Shown: positions 22,289-37,279 of the stretch, one piece after another
How positions within the stretch are numbered: position 1 is the first letter of the stretch
How the letters are laid out: the number at the start of each line of letters is the position of its first letter
Origin: Psilocybe cubensis
Taxonomy: Eukaryota
Direction of reading: 5' to 3'
Length of the DNA: 64,000 nt
NCBI GenBank assembly: GCA_017499595.2
Contig: CM039009.1
Span: forward strand, 1,054,001 to 1,118,000
The notes under the pieces: model-generated
The model's input: the letters and a program-made list of their open reading frames with translations, nothing else
The model's database searches: none
Told to the model about the DNA's origin: nothing
Made by a program: the position numbers and the translations under genes

Positions 22289-25180
22289 ATGTCCTCCCTG
22301 CTGAGCAAGTCGAGTAAGAGGATGACTATGGCGCCGTCCGAGTTCAAGCGCCTGTCAGATGGGGGCTCACCATCGGAAGATATGATGCATGCGGGTAGTT
22401 CATCGGATGAGCGATTCAGTGGTACCACTCTGGGCTCGGAACGGTTTAGAGAGTCAACCAATCTCATTCCGTCGCCCGGTGTAATGGGTCCCAAACCCAA
22501 ACGATTCGTGCGCACCGGTTCCTTGCTCCGAATCTCAGAAAATGACTCGTCTGACATGAACGAATTCTTAATAGGAACCAATCATGCTGCAGTTATGGTT
22601 CATCATATTAACTCCGTTTCTTATGCTGTCGTTGGGCATTGCGTTGGAGATCGCCATATACATATCAAACCTCAACCACGGTATGTATATGCAGTTGATA
22701 TTCATACCTTGACCGGCTAATCTTTGCATCAGGGTTCAAGGTTCCTCAGAGCAATGTATTTCTAGTCTTTGGCAATGTGACAGGACAGTTTCTGGCGGTA
22801 AGTCTCTCCTTTTCATACAATCCTTCATTTATTGAAGCAAAGTTCTCCAGTCCTTCTTCCCTACGCTGTGAGATTATTTTCTTGCGCTTTTTGCTCTCTC
22901 ATTTTGATTTTATGTATTCAGTCTTATTATGCCGTTTGCTTTTGCTTGGAGAGAGCTGGACTTTCTCATTCGAAGTTATCAGGTCAGTTACCTCCATATA
23001 CGCATATATTGAGCTAATCCGTACATTAACCTGTTATGTAGCCTTATGTGATGTTACAGAAGGGAAATGCAAAAGCTGAGGAGAGCTTACTATTGGATTA
23101 TGTACGTTCCCACATATCGTCATCATTTTTTCTCTCTGACCCTTTCGAATGCTAGATATCACTAGGGTATGAATCATTATTTCGATATGTCAACCTCTTT
23201 GCTGAAGAAAAGGACGTGCAGCCCAATATTAGCTATTCCACGCGCCCTAGCCTACAAGCATCGAATTGTGCTATGGTCTTCTATCACTGCAGTGTTGACG
23301 TACATCTATCAACCATTGAGTGAGGACCTCTCTTATCTCATTGTGTAAACCGTCGTTTATTTGACCTTCCAGCTGGATCTATCTTTCAAATACAATATGC
23401 TCAACAGTCTGATTGTGCGTGATTTCCATATGATCGACACTGCCTGCATCTTCACACTTTTTTGTTCAGCCACATCGGTGATAGGGACTCAGAGTGTAGG
23501 CCTATCACCGGACATTGCAGACCTGAATCCTTTCATGGCAGCAGCTGGATACGTCGATGCCTCTGTGTTGTTTGGTTTGCCCGACCCACCGTTCGTACAA
23601 GGTGGATGGGCTACTGCTGAGGTTTTAGTGAGTACTGTTTGTGATGTTTGGTTGTCTTTTCGATTGACGCAATGCATATTAGTTTCCCTCAAAGCCATCT
23701 TTGAATGGAACGTTGTCCGTCGACACAGCGGGTATTCAGACCACCGCCAACTGCTCCAACTCAGTCGGAGCACCTACAATATCTGGCTCGGACAATGCTT
23801 TAACCGTGACATCTACCTCTGTTGATGGTTGCCAGTTAAACGTCACTTTCGACTCTACGGTAAGTAGTGGAGCAAGGCCAACAGCAAACATGTCTAAGGT
23901 CGTTAATTTTCTTCTACAGGCCGCCACTCAGCAGTATGGAGTCCAAAGTGTATCATGTCCTGGAAATGCATCAACCTTGCCTGTTCAGTTCCAGCCTGTC
24001 ATGTTTTGGTGCGTTTTATTGATAGAAGTTGAAGACCTTTTTGCTGAGAGAAAGGGCAGGTTTTTCCAAAATTCCAATAGCCAAAAACAAGTCAAAAGCG
24101 TCTTTTGCACTCCAAGGATCAAGGCAGTCCAAGTAACTGCAACCGCGAGTTTGAACGACGGTAACCTGGTTAATGTCACTCAGATCGGCGATTTGACGGT
24201 AGATAATAATGTTACTGGTACTGGCCTCAACCAGCCTCCTGCTCCAGTCTTCAACGGGTGAGTAATATTGCTTTACCTGATTTAGGTTTAGCTTGATTGA
24301 CCAGCATGCTAGTGTAATATTCCAAAATTCGACCAATCCCTTTATTCAGGCTAGAGTCGTGGCCACTAGTTCTATCGTCTCTGGTGCTATTTTTAAAGCC
24401 GCGCAGCAGCAGCCGGGTGGGTTGGCGTCTACATTCGCTGCTGCTAACAATTTTTTAGATCTGACCTCTACCTATTATGTAAGTACATTAAAAAAACGAC
24501 TGTAACTTTATGCTAATCTTCATTTTACAGACACGTCATCTCTCTATCGTCGCAAGATCTGTATACTATGTACAACAAAATACCACGTTACCAGCCAATG
24601 AGGTCTCTCTCGTGCCTCGGTTGGTCGTCGAGTGCGTAGTTTCCACCTATCACTTATTCTTTCCTAACTCTGTGCCTACAGCCCCCTGCCTGCCCATTTC
24701 CTCGCAATTATCCTCATACTTACGGGCGTTATCGGCATGTACCTACACGTTCACAACCGGCGGCAGAGAAAAACGTTACTACTAGCCACACCTCCCGGTA
24801 GCATAGCCTCCATTGTCGCCCTCACTTCTCGATCCGGGTTTGGAGAGCTTCTATATCCATACGACGATGAACTGACGCTGGAGAAAAAACTGGACGGAAT
24901 CCGATTCCGGTTAGATAGACGAACGGGGGCCATCTTGGCCGACGATTTTGAGACGGAGCGCGCGGGGATGGGTAGGGATGATGCGTTGCTTTCATTGCTT
25001 GGGAAGGCCCCGAATGAGCCTATATCGGCGGCATCGCATTCGTCGTCTGCTTTGGCGTACCAGGCTGCGAATGGCATTTTGCCTTGGGAAAGATCGTGGG
25101 CGCCGGATGCTGCGGCGCCACCAGGGGCTGCTGCTCCTCGCATTCCTGGTTCACCGCTGAGAACGGACTACGTTCCGTAG
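22289..25180 (+). CDS. Fungal multi-pass membrane protein (DUF3433-like)
   Basis: Hydrophobic exons, N-glycosylation-rich luminal region, FMAAAGYVDASVLFGLPDPPFV, PPGSIASIVALTSRSGFG, RFRLDRRTGAI; multiple GT-AG introns. Confidence 0.6.
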
Positions 25181-25833
25181 TAGAGTGGCTTTCGAAGTTC
25201 GAACATGCTTAATCTTTGTTTGTTCTGTATGTGGCTTTTTTACATTCGCGGATGCTTTTTCATTGTTTCTTCACGTTTTTTCTTATCTGCCACGCTCGCG
25301 TCAGTGGGACATCTTATCATCACCGGACTTTAGTAGTTAGTAGTTGTACGAATCACTCAACTTCGAAAGCACAAATCATACTTCGAAGCATTGTAATGAC
25401 CATCCATCTAATTTCATTCCTCATGAAATCTATACATTCTGGATTTTTTCCCTTGTCTATATGTACAATTACCTGATGGTCAGTGCAGAAATCTCAGAAT
25501 TCATTGGAACAGTCTTGGCCGTGGCGTAAGGTACGATCAAAAGGTTTTCGGGAGTACCCGATCAACGTGACATTCGCTTTATGGGCTTCCATTCCGGGAG
25601 AGTGTGGCTTCATTCCACTTTGGGCCCGATCGTCGATGGCACTCTGCGCTGAATGGCACTCCGCCATTGTTCGAAAGAGTGGCCCATTTCACATTTCCGT
25701 CATGGTGTCCCGATGAGTCATTTATTAGTGTCTGAGAGTCTTTTAAGCCTCTTCATTGCTTTTCTTCTCTCACCACCACCACCATTACACACAGTTCAGT
25801 CCTACACATTACCTCCACATCGTTGAACCTCAA

Positions 25834-28014
25834 ATGCCCACCTTTGCGATAAACTCGAATTCGGATGACCGTGGCAAGTGCGACATCCATTTTACCACTT
25901 TCGAAACCTTGCCTTCCGATATGCAGCGTGAATACGCAGATGTTAGTTTGTTTTGATTCGCGCAGGCTGGTTTAGCACTGATCAAAAGAACTTTTGCGTT
26001 CACTCCTCCAGCATCATAACGTCCCAGAAGACTGTACTACTGAGGAGATCTGCAGTTATATTTTTCCTTCTGGCGGCTTGGAGTATATTGAGTGTTTACC
26101 TCATCATGTACTTTACCCTTTGCCTGGGCCAGATGGAAAGGGGGGAAGGCCTTTCCGAAGCACTATGGACTGCCTTGATTGGCTACTGGCGAACAGAATA
26201 AAAAATCTGCTTCAGCCGCCAGAAACCGCAGACGACACCGACACCCCACAGTCGCGTCCTGATGGCACTTCCAGTGCCACTAATGCTAAGAATGGTAACG
26301 CGCTTCCGTCGGGGTCGACTTCCGCATCGTCTTTGGACGCACTGGTCAAGGCTGTTGTAGAATCCAAGTTTGACGATGGTGCCGTACCAGACATAGATCT
26401 CATGCATGCCGCGGTCAAGGGGCTAAAGGAAAAGGCGACGCGTCTCAACGCTCAACTGCAGTCGGTCCAGGACGCGAAGGGTGATCTATGGGATGTATAC
26501 ACCATTTCCAAGAGACTCAGGACGGCGATGAAATCTTCCAAGTCATGGCCACTTGGCGTACCGATGAATGAAGACCTGATGAAATCTATCAGGAGGAAGG
26601 CTCGATTCGCGGCAAAGTACAACCGCCTCCCCGAGTTGGACGCGATGGGAGACGACGAGATGTTTATGAGCTATAGTAGCGATCCCACTGCGAGCTCGAA
26701 TGATTCTGTTTCCGATGAAAGTAAAGACTCAGATGACAGTGATAGCGACGACGATTCTGGAGATGGAAAGCAGCAAGAAAGGTCGGTCTTCCTGATGTTG
26801 CTAGGATCTATGTTCTTTTCGTCTGATATTGACCATGTTGCAGCGCCGCTAAGCCTCAGAAAGGACATAAGCAGCCTGTATCAGGTGCTGCCAAAGAAAT
26901 CTCTGCTGTGATCGAAGCAGAATCTACTCCGCGAGTCCCAGTCATTCCTCAGAGAAATCGTTCCTCTGTATCCCAGTCAATGAATGCGTCACCATCCGTT
27001 CTAGAGCGCCTTCGTCAACTCAAATGGCTTGCGGTTAGGCCGCCGAGTCCTCCCCCCTCTGAAATTGGGCAGCCGAGTCCACCTCCATCTGAAATACAGA
27101 GCGGCACGAAGCGAACCCACGAAGACGAAGAAAGTGCTCCTGGTGAATCGGCTCAACTTAGGACACCGTCTCCCCCCAAAAAGCGAAGACTCGACCGCGA
27201 CAGCCCTATATACAGTTCGTCATCATCATCATCATCCGACTCATCTTCGCCATCAGAGGGACCATCCAAGCGAAAGAGGAGACGCGCTGATGAGGACAGC
27301 GCCTCCAATCGCTCTGGCTCGGATGAACCCTTCCCAGAGACTCCTTCCCCTAACAAGCGACGAAGACTTGGTAAAACTTCCAAAAAGGATATCTCGAGGA
27401 CAGAGAGCAACGACTTGCCGGGCATCGTCTGGAAAGATTATCCTGACCTGGAAAGCGACGACAGCGACAGCAGCTTCCACGACGACTCCTCATCTGATGG
27501 CTCTTCAGGTCCAGAGGATGATATGCTGAACAGCGATGAAGAAGTTGAGATACAACTGGATGCAGCTGGCGTCTTAAACTCCTCAGAGGATAATTTACTG
27601 CCCAACTATGACAACTTCTCGGATGGCGATGATAGTATCTCCGATGAAGAGGACGAGGAGTGTGATAGCGACGACTCCGGAATTTCATGGATTTCGAATA
27701 ACAACGAGGAGAAGAAAAAGGCTCCTGAGGCATCCGAAGTCGAGAATGAGCCACCTCCTCCCCAATCCCCACCGCCTAGAAAGCCACGTCCACTTGCCCG
27801 GCAATTCGATTTTCTGATGCCTGACCAAACAGGACGTCCCACCCACTATATCGACAAGAGGAAGGAATGGTTCCATTCTATGAAAAAGTACTTCCACGAT
27901 CAGGACTGGTACATTACGGACGAGGAGCTCAACGCCCTCATTAAAGAAGTGATGGCAGACCAGTATCGGTTCCACGAATACGAATTCGAAAGAGAAGAGG
28001 ACAACTACCCGTAG
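25834..28014 (+). CDS. Hypothetical low-complexity acidic/Ser-rich protein with NLS-like motifs
   Basis: Long ORFs 25994-26911 and 26908-28014 joinable by an intron near 26783-26843; PPKKRRL, KRKRRR, PNKRRRL; PSPPPSEI x2. Start is tentative. Confidence 0.55.
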
Positions 28015-29480
28015 CGTGAATAACTTTCTCTTTTGATATTTCATTTTACAATTTTTTTTGTTTTATCTGATCTGATATTCGCGGTATGTCGATTCTATTT
28101 TCTGCCTTTTTTTCTTATCAATTCGTTCTGTAATATTTGTCTGTTTAAGTTTCCCGGATCATTTCTCGATACCCTTTGGTGTTTCTATACCCTTTCATAC
28201 TGGTTTTTATAGCTAGAGTCTCTACGGCTGAATTTTTATTTTTTCCCCGTCTGATCTATTGCGTCTGAGCGTCTAATCATGGCAGGGCCTTGTGCTTTAC
28301 GGAAGTCCTCAACTTTTAAAAGCAACACGAACTCAGTTTACGCATTCAGCGTTGTCGAGGCTATGGCTCTTGTCAAGAGCCACACTCTGCCCACGTAACT
28401 CTGTCCATTTAACCAGGAAAATACCTCTGACATCTTTCTCAGCCGTATTCAGCACGTAAGACTCGTAAGAGTGAGAGACAGGGGCGTTAGACACACCGCA
28501 TAAAAATAGACAGGGTGATGCCGATCGCAATATGCCGATGCCGAACGTGGTATTGACTGGTATTGACGCTTAAAAATTTGAAATGTTTCTGGGTTTGCTT
28601 GCTTCTTCAATCTTGCTTTTGAGTTTTCTCTCCGACCTCCGAGTATCGACGGACCTTCCAACTACATTCTACCCTTCATATTTTTCGATTGGATGACGGG
28701 TGCCGTCTCGCGTGAAATGTCATTCTGAATCGAGGGTTTCGCAGTAGAGCGCCGCGCGGTTGAGTGGATTTTCAGGCCAATCCCGTTTGCCCCGCATCGG
28801 GGTGTCTGCTCATCTACTCTCATGACCTAAATTCAAGGGGGAGAAGCAGCTTGGCAGGGTTGACAGCGTCCAGCGTAAATGCTACTTTAGACGGATCGAT
28901 TACAACGAACCGTCGTCATTGGCATTATTCAGAACGCTTAACCATCTCGGTCAACAAAATTGCCCCTGATATGATCCCTTTGCGTGGTAGAATTTCTCTC
29001 AAGTTGGTTCTGCGGCCCTTCAAAGCATTGATGCTCCACTGTCGAAACAAAAAAACATATGCGCTCGTGGCTTCTAAATGATCACTTTGGTTCCGTCTCT
29101 GCTAATTCTGAACATCCGAACCGTGCTCAACACCGAAAGCATTAATCACGTTGCGATTTGGCTGTGATGTGTATTTGAGGTGACATCCGATCCCCACTGA
29201 CACCCAGCAATTTTGCTACCGTTTGGTTCTCAGGGCTGTCAAAAATTGTGACGGGTCCTTCTGCTGTCGGCCCCCATCACATCGAGCTCGTGTAATGAAG
29301 ATTATCTGCTTTATGAAAACTGCATTTCCGATTGTGAAAATGACGAATGCCGAGCTCTACTTTATCTTTCTGGGGATTGTCGTTTCTTTGTCAGCGTGGT
29401 CAGTACAGAAGTATATAATGAGTATGGATTGAAGAGGAGAGGCAGGAAGTTCACCTCCTATCAAGTTACTTACCGCAGTC

Positions 29481-30059
29481 ATGCTTTCTCGCATTTATAC
29501 GTTTTTCGTCCTCGCCATTTTGGCTATGCTTGCGGCCGCCACCACGACCGTTACTACTTCTGTGCGTATGATTCCGTTTAAGAACGCGTCGTAATTAATT
29601 TGAACTTATGCTTATGATGTTAGCCCGGGGCACCTACCAGCATTCCTGCTAACCAATGCAACGGTTCAAACTTGCAATGCTGCAATTCTCTGGAAAGGGT
29701 TTGTCCTGTTGCTATATAACCAAAGCCATAATAGCTAACCTGGCTCATAGTCTGACGGGAGCCTCGTCGGAACTTTGCTTGGGCTTCTTGGTGTCGTGAT
29801 CCAGGGTGTTGAAGTTTTGGTGTACGTGTTTGAAGACTTTTTGAGACACATTGGTTAATCGCTTATAATAGTGGTATTAATTGCTCTCCGATTGATATCC
29901 TTGGTATCGGCCAAAACGGGTGCCATTCGCAACCTGTTTGCTGCCAGAACAACGACTTTGTATGTACTTTGCATCGCTTCAACAGTGCAAATAAACTCAT
30001 ACTTTATGCAGTCGGGAATCATTGCTATCGGTTGTGTCCCCATCAATATCAATCTTTGA
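29481..30059 (+). CDS. Class I hydrophobin
   Basis: Signal peptide MLSRIYTFFVLAILAMLAAA; spliced [83 protein letters not shown] (8-Cys pattern); TATATAA at about 29412. Confidence 0.93.
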
Positions 30060-30767
30060 GTAACAGGCAGATACATGGGATCAAAGGGGGCACGTTCATC
30101 ACCATGCCTTCCGTCCTCGAGTCTCTTCATTGTTGTCATGAATGTCTCGTACTTAAACTCGTTGTTGCCTTCATGTTAGTTGTCATATCCGAGTATAAAC
30201 ATTTCGACTTTATCATATTATAGCGATGGATCAGTTTCAGTTTAGTACCTGAGCCTGAAAGGACAAGTTGAGGAGGAGCTGGATCAGAGCTGGATTAAAT
30301 GGCAGAAAATGCCTAATAAACACTTTCTGTCAACCATCGTCGTCTTCTAGTCGGGAATCATAAACGTTGCATAATTCGAAATGAGACAATAGATGTGTTC
30401 TCGTAACACCGAAATTTTGCAGAAGTCATGAAGAGTCGTGCGACAAGTCAACTAACCCCTGACCCCAAAGATACGCACGCGCCACCCGGGGGCTCAATCG
30501 GAGTTTGAAAATTTCGGTTGACCCTTTGCCCGAATATCTGCACATTTTCTTGTCTTCGTGTACAGTCCACCTCCTTGAACGACAATACCCTTTCTGTTTC
30601 TTTATCCCCTAATTCTTAATGTGAGTGCTCATCCATTTCTCATTAGGAAGCTGCATCCGGCTTTCGCAAAGGCGCGTTCCGCTCTGTGGCTCAGGAGGCA
30701 CCTTTGTTGTCGCGTTGTTTTGTCGTACCACTTTCGCGCTTGTCATAGCTAACCTCGTTCTTGCAGC

Positions 30768-32697
<1,930 letters not shown>

Positions 32698-34171
32698 ATG
32701 CCCATCGTCGTTTTTCTCTTTCTCCTTCTTTATGAATCTTCATTGCTTTCTCGTTTGGCGCACCATCGTCGTAATCACTCATTGACGACAATCATACCAC
32801 TTTGCCCATAACCCTTACCTCTTGTCAGCACGCACGTTTTGATGAATTTTCAGTTTCCTTCTCTTTCTTTGTGGATTTCAAAAATGAAATGACCTTTAAT
32901 GTCTTAACCCTCTTACTGTGTGAATTTTGTGCCTGTCGACCTGAGTTTGTTCCGTGGCAGACATGGGAAGCCGATCCGTTCGTCAATGGATTCGAAGGTA
33001 AGCCGCTAATTAAACCTTTTCGGATGGCGTCAATTATAATAATTGTGTTACTATACTCCGTAGATTCCGATTGCTGTGTCCCATCCCTTCCGTGATCTGT
33101 CAAAGTGCGGCTTGAATGTCGAGTAATCCCGAATCGTCGGATGAAGCAAAGTGCTACAGTCTGAGTAAGATTGATTTATTAATCGCGGCTCTGCTTTCGA
33201 AGGTTCGAAATTCGAAGGCCTTAATCGAAGAGGTCAGTCTGGGTCAGGATTTAGCAGCTTCTCAACGATTCGTGCATTCTGCATGGAGATCTCGGGGCAG
33301 AACTCTGGCAACCTGGGGAAGTTCGTTAAACGCTGTCTATTCTGTGGAGTGGGAGTTCTTGTTTGATTCAACGCCTTTAATACGGAGAAACTTCACCTAA
33401 TAATCTTTTGCTCATCAGTGTTAGCAGACAAAACGCTGAACGTCGCTGATTTTATTTGGGCTCAGGTATTCAGTAAATCACTGCCTTCGTTGATACGTTC
33501 CTTTATTCGGAACCGATGAATAGTCTCGTGTTCACAATATGGGGTTTACAGGGATTCTCGACCATGAGGTGCTTTACAGGTGTGTCAAGTCCTTCGTAGT
33601 TCGAATGATGTGCAGTCACTCGTCGTTTTAAGAACACACAATTATTTCAAAGAACTGCAGGATAACGAGATTCGAATTCTTCTTTCGATTCAGGATCAGG
33701 AGTTGCAGGTGGTCCGCCTGACTTTGTAATGGAGAGGGGCATTATCAATAACGCCGCTTGGGTTCTTTCATGGCTTGCGTTTGGTAACTCCTACTTACAA
33801 AATCGTACGGGGTATAGGATTTTCGGCAATCTGCTGTTCTGTTGATTCAAATGTCAAACTGGCCGTTTGAAAAAAAAGCGACAGACAGAAGATTTCTGAT
33901 CATGTATCCTTTTTTCGTGTTTGCGTCGCATAAACTCAGAACGACTCATGGACTTCAACAGGAAACTCCGAGATCTGAGGTCTAGGAGGCTTGGCTGGGT
34001 TTCCATGTACGAAAGCACCAAGATGTCTAATTCATTTGTGCGCAAACCTCGAAAAACAATGTATGGCGTTTTGTATAAGAGGGCAGCAAGGATGGGTGTC
34101 TTATTCTTCAGGTCAAACAAAGTTGAATCCTCCTTTCTGCGGTTTTCTGCCAATCAACTACCTAGTCAACC

Positions 34172-35272
34172 ATGCCATCTCGTCTCTCTTCGATTGTCTT
34201 CTTGACCTCAGCCATCCTTGCGGTCGCAAAGCCACGTCCTGGAGGGTATCCGCCCCCACCACCCACGACCACAACGTGTTACCCCTCCACTGTCACCACT
34301 ACGGTCACCCAGCCTGCTAGCACAGTTACTTACACTGTGCCGGTGACCACGACCGTCGTTAAAACCACGACAGTTCTCGTGCCACCAGTCACGTATACTA
34401 GCACCGTTACCGACCATGAGACGACGACCTACACTCAGACGGTGACGCAGACGGTTACACAGACCGCGCCGCCGGTGACGGTAACGGCCACGACGACTGC
34501 GATTTCCACTGTCACGTATACGGCGCCTGGCGGTACAGTTACCAGTACGGTCACTATCCCGTACACGAAGACTGTCACCGTTCCAGGAGGCACACAGACG
34601 TATACCGTCACTCAGCCCGTTACGACTACGTATACTGAGGACATCACTACCACCGTTCCATATGGCACCACGACTGTCACTGTTACTGGTGTAAGTGAAT
34701 TTAACCTTTGTTCCTATTTCCCTACAACAGAAGAGTTACTTAATTTATGTTGGGATAACAGCCCGGCTCGACCACCACTGCTGGTAGTGGACCGTCTAAT
34801 CAATGCAACACTGGCTCTCTTCAATGCTGTAAGTATTTGAGTTTATTGAGAGTACAGTGCTCATTGGTGATACTTTCTAGGCAACTCGACCCACAAGGCC
34901 ACAGATAGCGCTGTCAGCGGACTTCTAGGTTTACTTGGTGTAGTCGTCGGCTCAGTCACCGGTCTTGTGTAAGTAATTTCTCTAGACATTGCGTGTTCAA
35001 CGCAAGGAGAAGAATTCTTTATCTGACTCCTCCCTCATTCCCTCTCCTCTAAATTAATAGGGGCCTTACCTGTTCGCCGCTCAACGTCCTCGGTATCAGT
35101 GGCAACTCGTGCAGTGCCCAACCCGTCTGCTGTACTAACAACACCTTCGTACGTTTTATTCCCTTTACTATTGATGCTACTAGATCCTATTACCTTTGCT
35201 TACCTTGTTCTTTTACTTCTGTAGAATGGAATCATCTCGCTCGGATGCACGCCCATCAACCTTAACCTGTAA
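34172..35272 (+). CDS. Class I hydrophobin with long Thr/Val/Pro-rich N-terminal extension
   Basis: Signal peptide, about 150 aa of T/V/P-rich sequence, then [83 protein letters not shown] (C-X6-CC-X32-C-X12-C-X5-CC-X12-C). Confidence 0.92.
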
Positions 35273-36294
35273 ATGTAGTCACAGGAGACCGCCACCTCGA
35301 ATTGCATGTGCATACATCCAACATGATTACCGCTTCCAGGCTTTGTAGTGCTTCGCTCTTTTTTGGGGGTTCATTCTTTTTTTTTTACCTTTGGTTAGTC
35401 TTGATGAGAGAATAACAATTCTGAATGGAATTCTATCCATCGTTCTGTCTGTTCTACGATTGATCTCGATGGTAGAAGAGAAATTCAAACAAGTCACAAG
35501 TAGTTATAAAAATAACATTTTGGTTTCGGTTTTAGGTTATGTCTTAACTGCTTCAAGTGTGTAGCGTGGTGTGAATGAATTATATGACTATGAGATGGAT
35601 ATATAAAAATCGACTTTGTGCTGTGGTACCTTGGGCGACGATCGACCCGATGGACATGTGTGGAAAGTACGATTCCCGTCTTCTTTTCGCTTGGGTTTTG
35701 GCATGAGAGCTGGTTTAGGATATTTGGAGAGTGCCGCATCGAAGACTAATACACTGGGCCTGGTCGGTGTCTGGAACAGTCAGAAGCTACCTTCAATTTA
35801 TATGTGTTCGCTATTTCAGGGATTAAAGATGCAGAAGATCGAGAATAACTTGAAGGCCGACATGAAAGGACTTCATGTCTGCCTTGCGGCATTCCTTCCA
35901 AGGTATACAGATAATGAATATGTGTCCTAGACTCATTGTCAATACTATAGGGCCAGGTCTATTCTAGTGGAATTTAAGTGGAATTTGGGATATTCTATCG
36001 AAGTGGTCTGAAGCGCCGGCGCACATCAACTGGGCAAAGCGATAATGCTTAGTAACCTTACGTATCACTGAAGAGGCACCGCTATTGAAAGTTACAGTGT
36101 TACCACTCGAATAATTCGAATATATAGACGGATCCAGTGTCTGTCACTTAATGCCTATTTTCAGTGCCTCAAAATCTTTTTAAGAGCAAGTATTAGCCAG
36201 ATGTCGTCATAGGCCCCACCCTCAGTATTTTTGAAGGACAATATAAAAGTAGAGATGTTAGGTCAAAGCTCACATTGATTCTTGCTTCTACGCA

Positions 36295-36717
36295 ATGGGG
36301 TACGTCGAGGCTCGGTATAGTGGGACGAGTAACTAATGACCCCACATGGGCTATCGTAGGTGTATATTTTCTTGTATAGGAAGTAAGTCCTGATGCGCAA
36401 TAGCGGCGCTTTCAGTATGAGCGCAACAAACGGCTGACCTGCCTGTATGATAATTCTAGGCATTTTTGCATGCATTGGAGATGCTATCACTGGGCTTATT
36501 TCCATGATAGCTGGATGCTTGGAGTGTATTGTTGGTTGTGAGTTTCGTTGGCTTTGATGTATACCTGGTTTGAAGGAACTCAAAGATATCTTGTAGCGAT
36601 TGCAGGGTTTGTAGCGACGATCGTCGATTGCCTCACTTGTGGATGCTTTCGGTGAGCACTCCGATAAATGACGTAGACAACAGATCCCGACGTATGACCT
36701 GCAGAGCTCGAGGATGA
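36295..36717 (+). CDS. 57-aa Gly/Cys/Ile-rich microprotein (5 exons), probably lipidated and membrane-associated
   Basis: Exons 36295-36299, 36360-36382, 36460-36537, 36597-36651, 36705-36717 with four canonical GT-AG introns give MGCIFSCIGSIFACIGDAITGLISMIAGCLECIVGSIAGFVATIVDCLTCGCFRARG*; TATAAAA at 36242. Confidence 0.75.
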
Positions 36718-37279
36718 GGAGGGCTCCAGGATGAAGCCTATGTCCTGGAGCCGTTATCTTATTTCCATTTACCTTCGTATTGTACCCTGAGGGACACTCG
36801 ATGAGATATAGCTCAAGATACCATTTATTAATTCTATTACCTTAAATTATGTTAATTGCTACCACCGCGTTTTTAGTAGATGCCATTAGATGGATGGAGG
36901 TTGGCAATCAATGAATTCTTTTACTATCACACCCAGAATATTTAACCTCGACTCATCGCATACAGATGCAAGTTTTTTGTAAAAAAAGAAATGTCCTTTA
37001 ACATACGAATTGGATCACCTTCTGAAATAAGCAGAAAATAAACTGTATAGTTTCAACGAGGGATCGACGAAAATGCAGGTGCCAAGTAAAAGGGTCGGCG
37101 CGGCAAATCTGTTCATAATGATCGATCAAAACATAAATAAGGACAAGCAAAGAATTCTGGTTGATCTAATCTTGTCTTTTTTTCGGGTTCTTCTTCCTCC
37201 CACTCGAATTCAGAATCTCTAATCCGGGTGGAGAGGAACACACACACTATTATCTCTATTCTCAACACACGATTCACTT

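Noticed and set aside
33197-33220. TTCGAA x3 cluster as a heat-shock element
   Set aside because: Spacing does not form three contiguous inverted nGAAn units, and it is about 1 kb from the nearest ATG.
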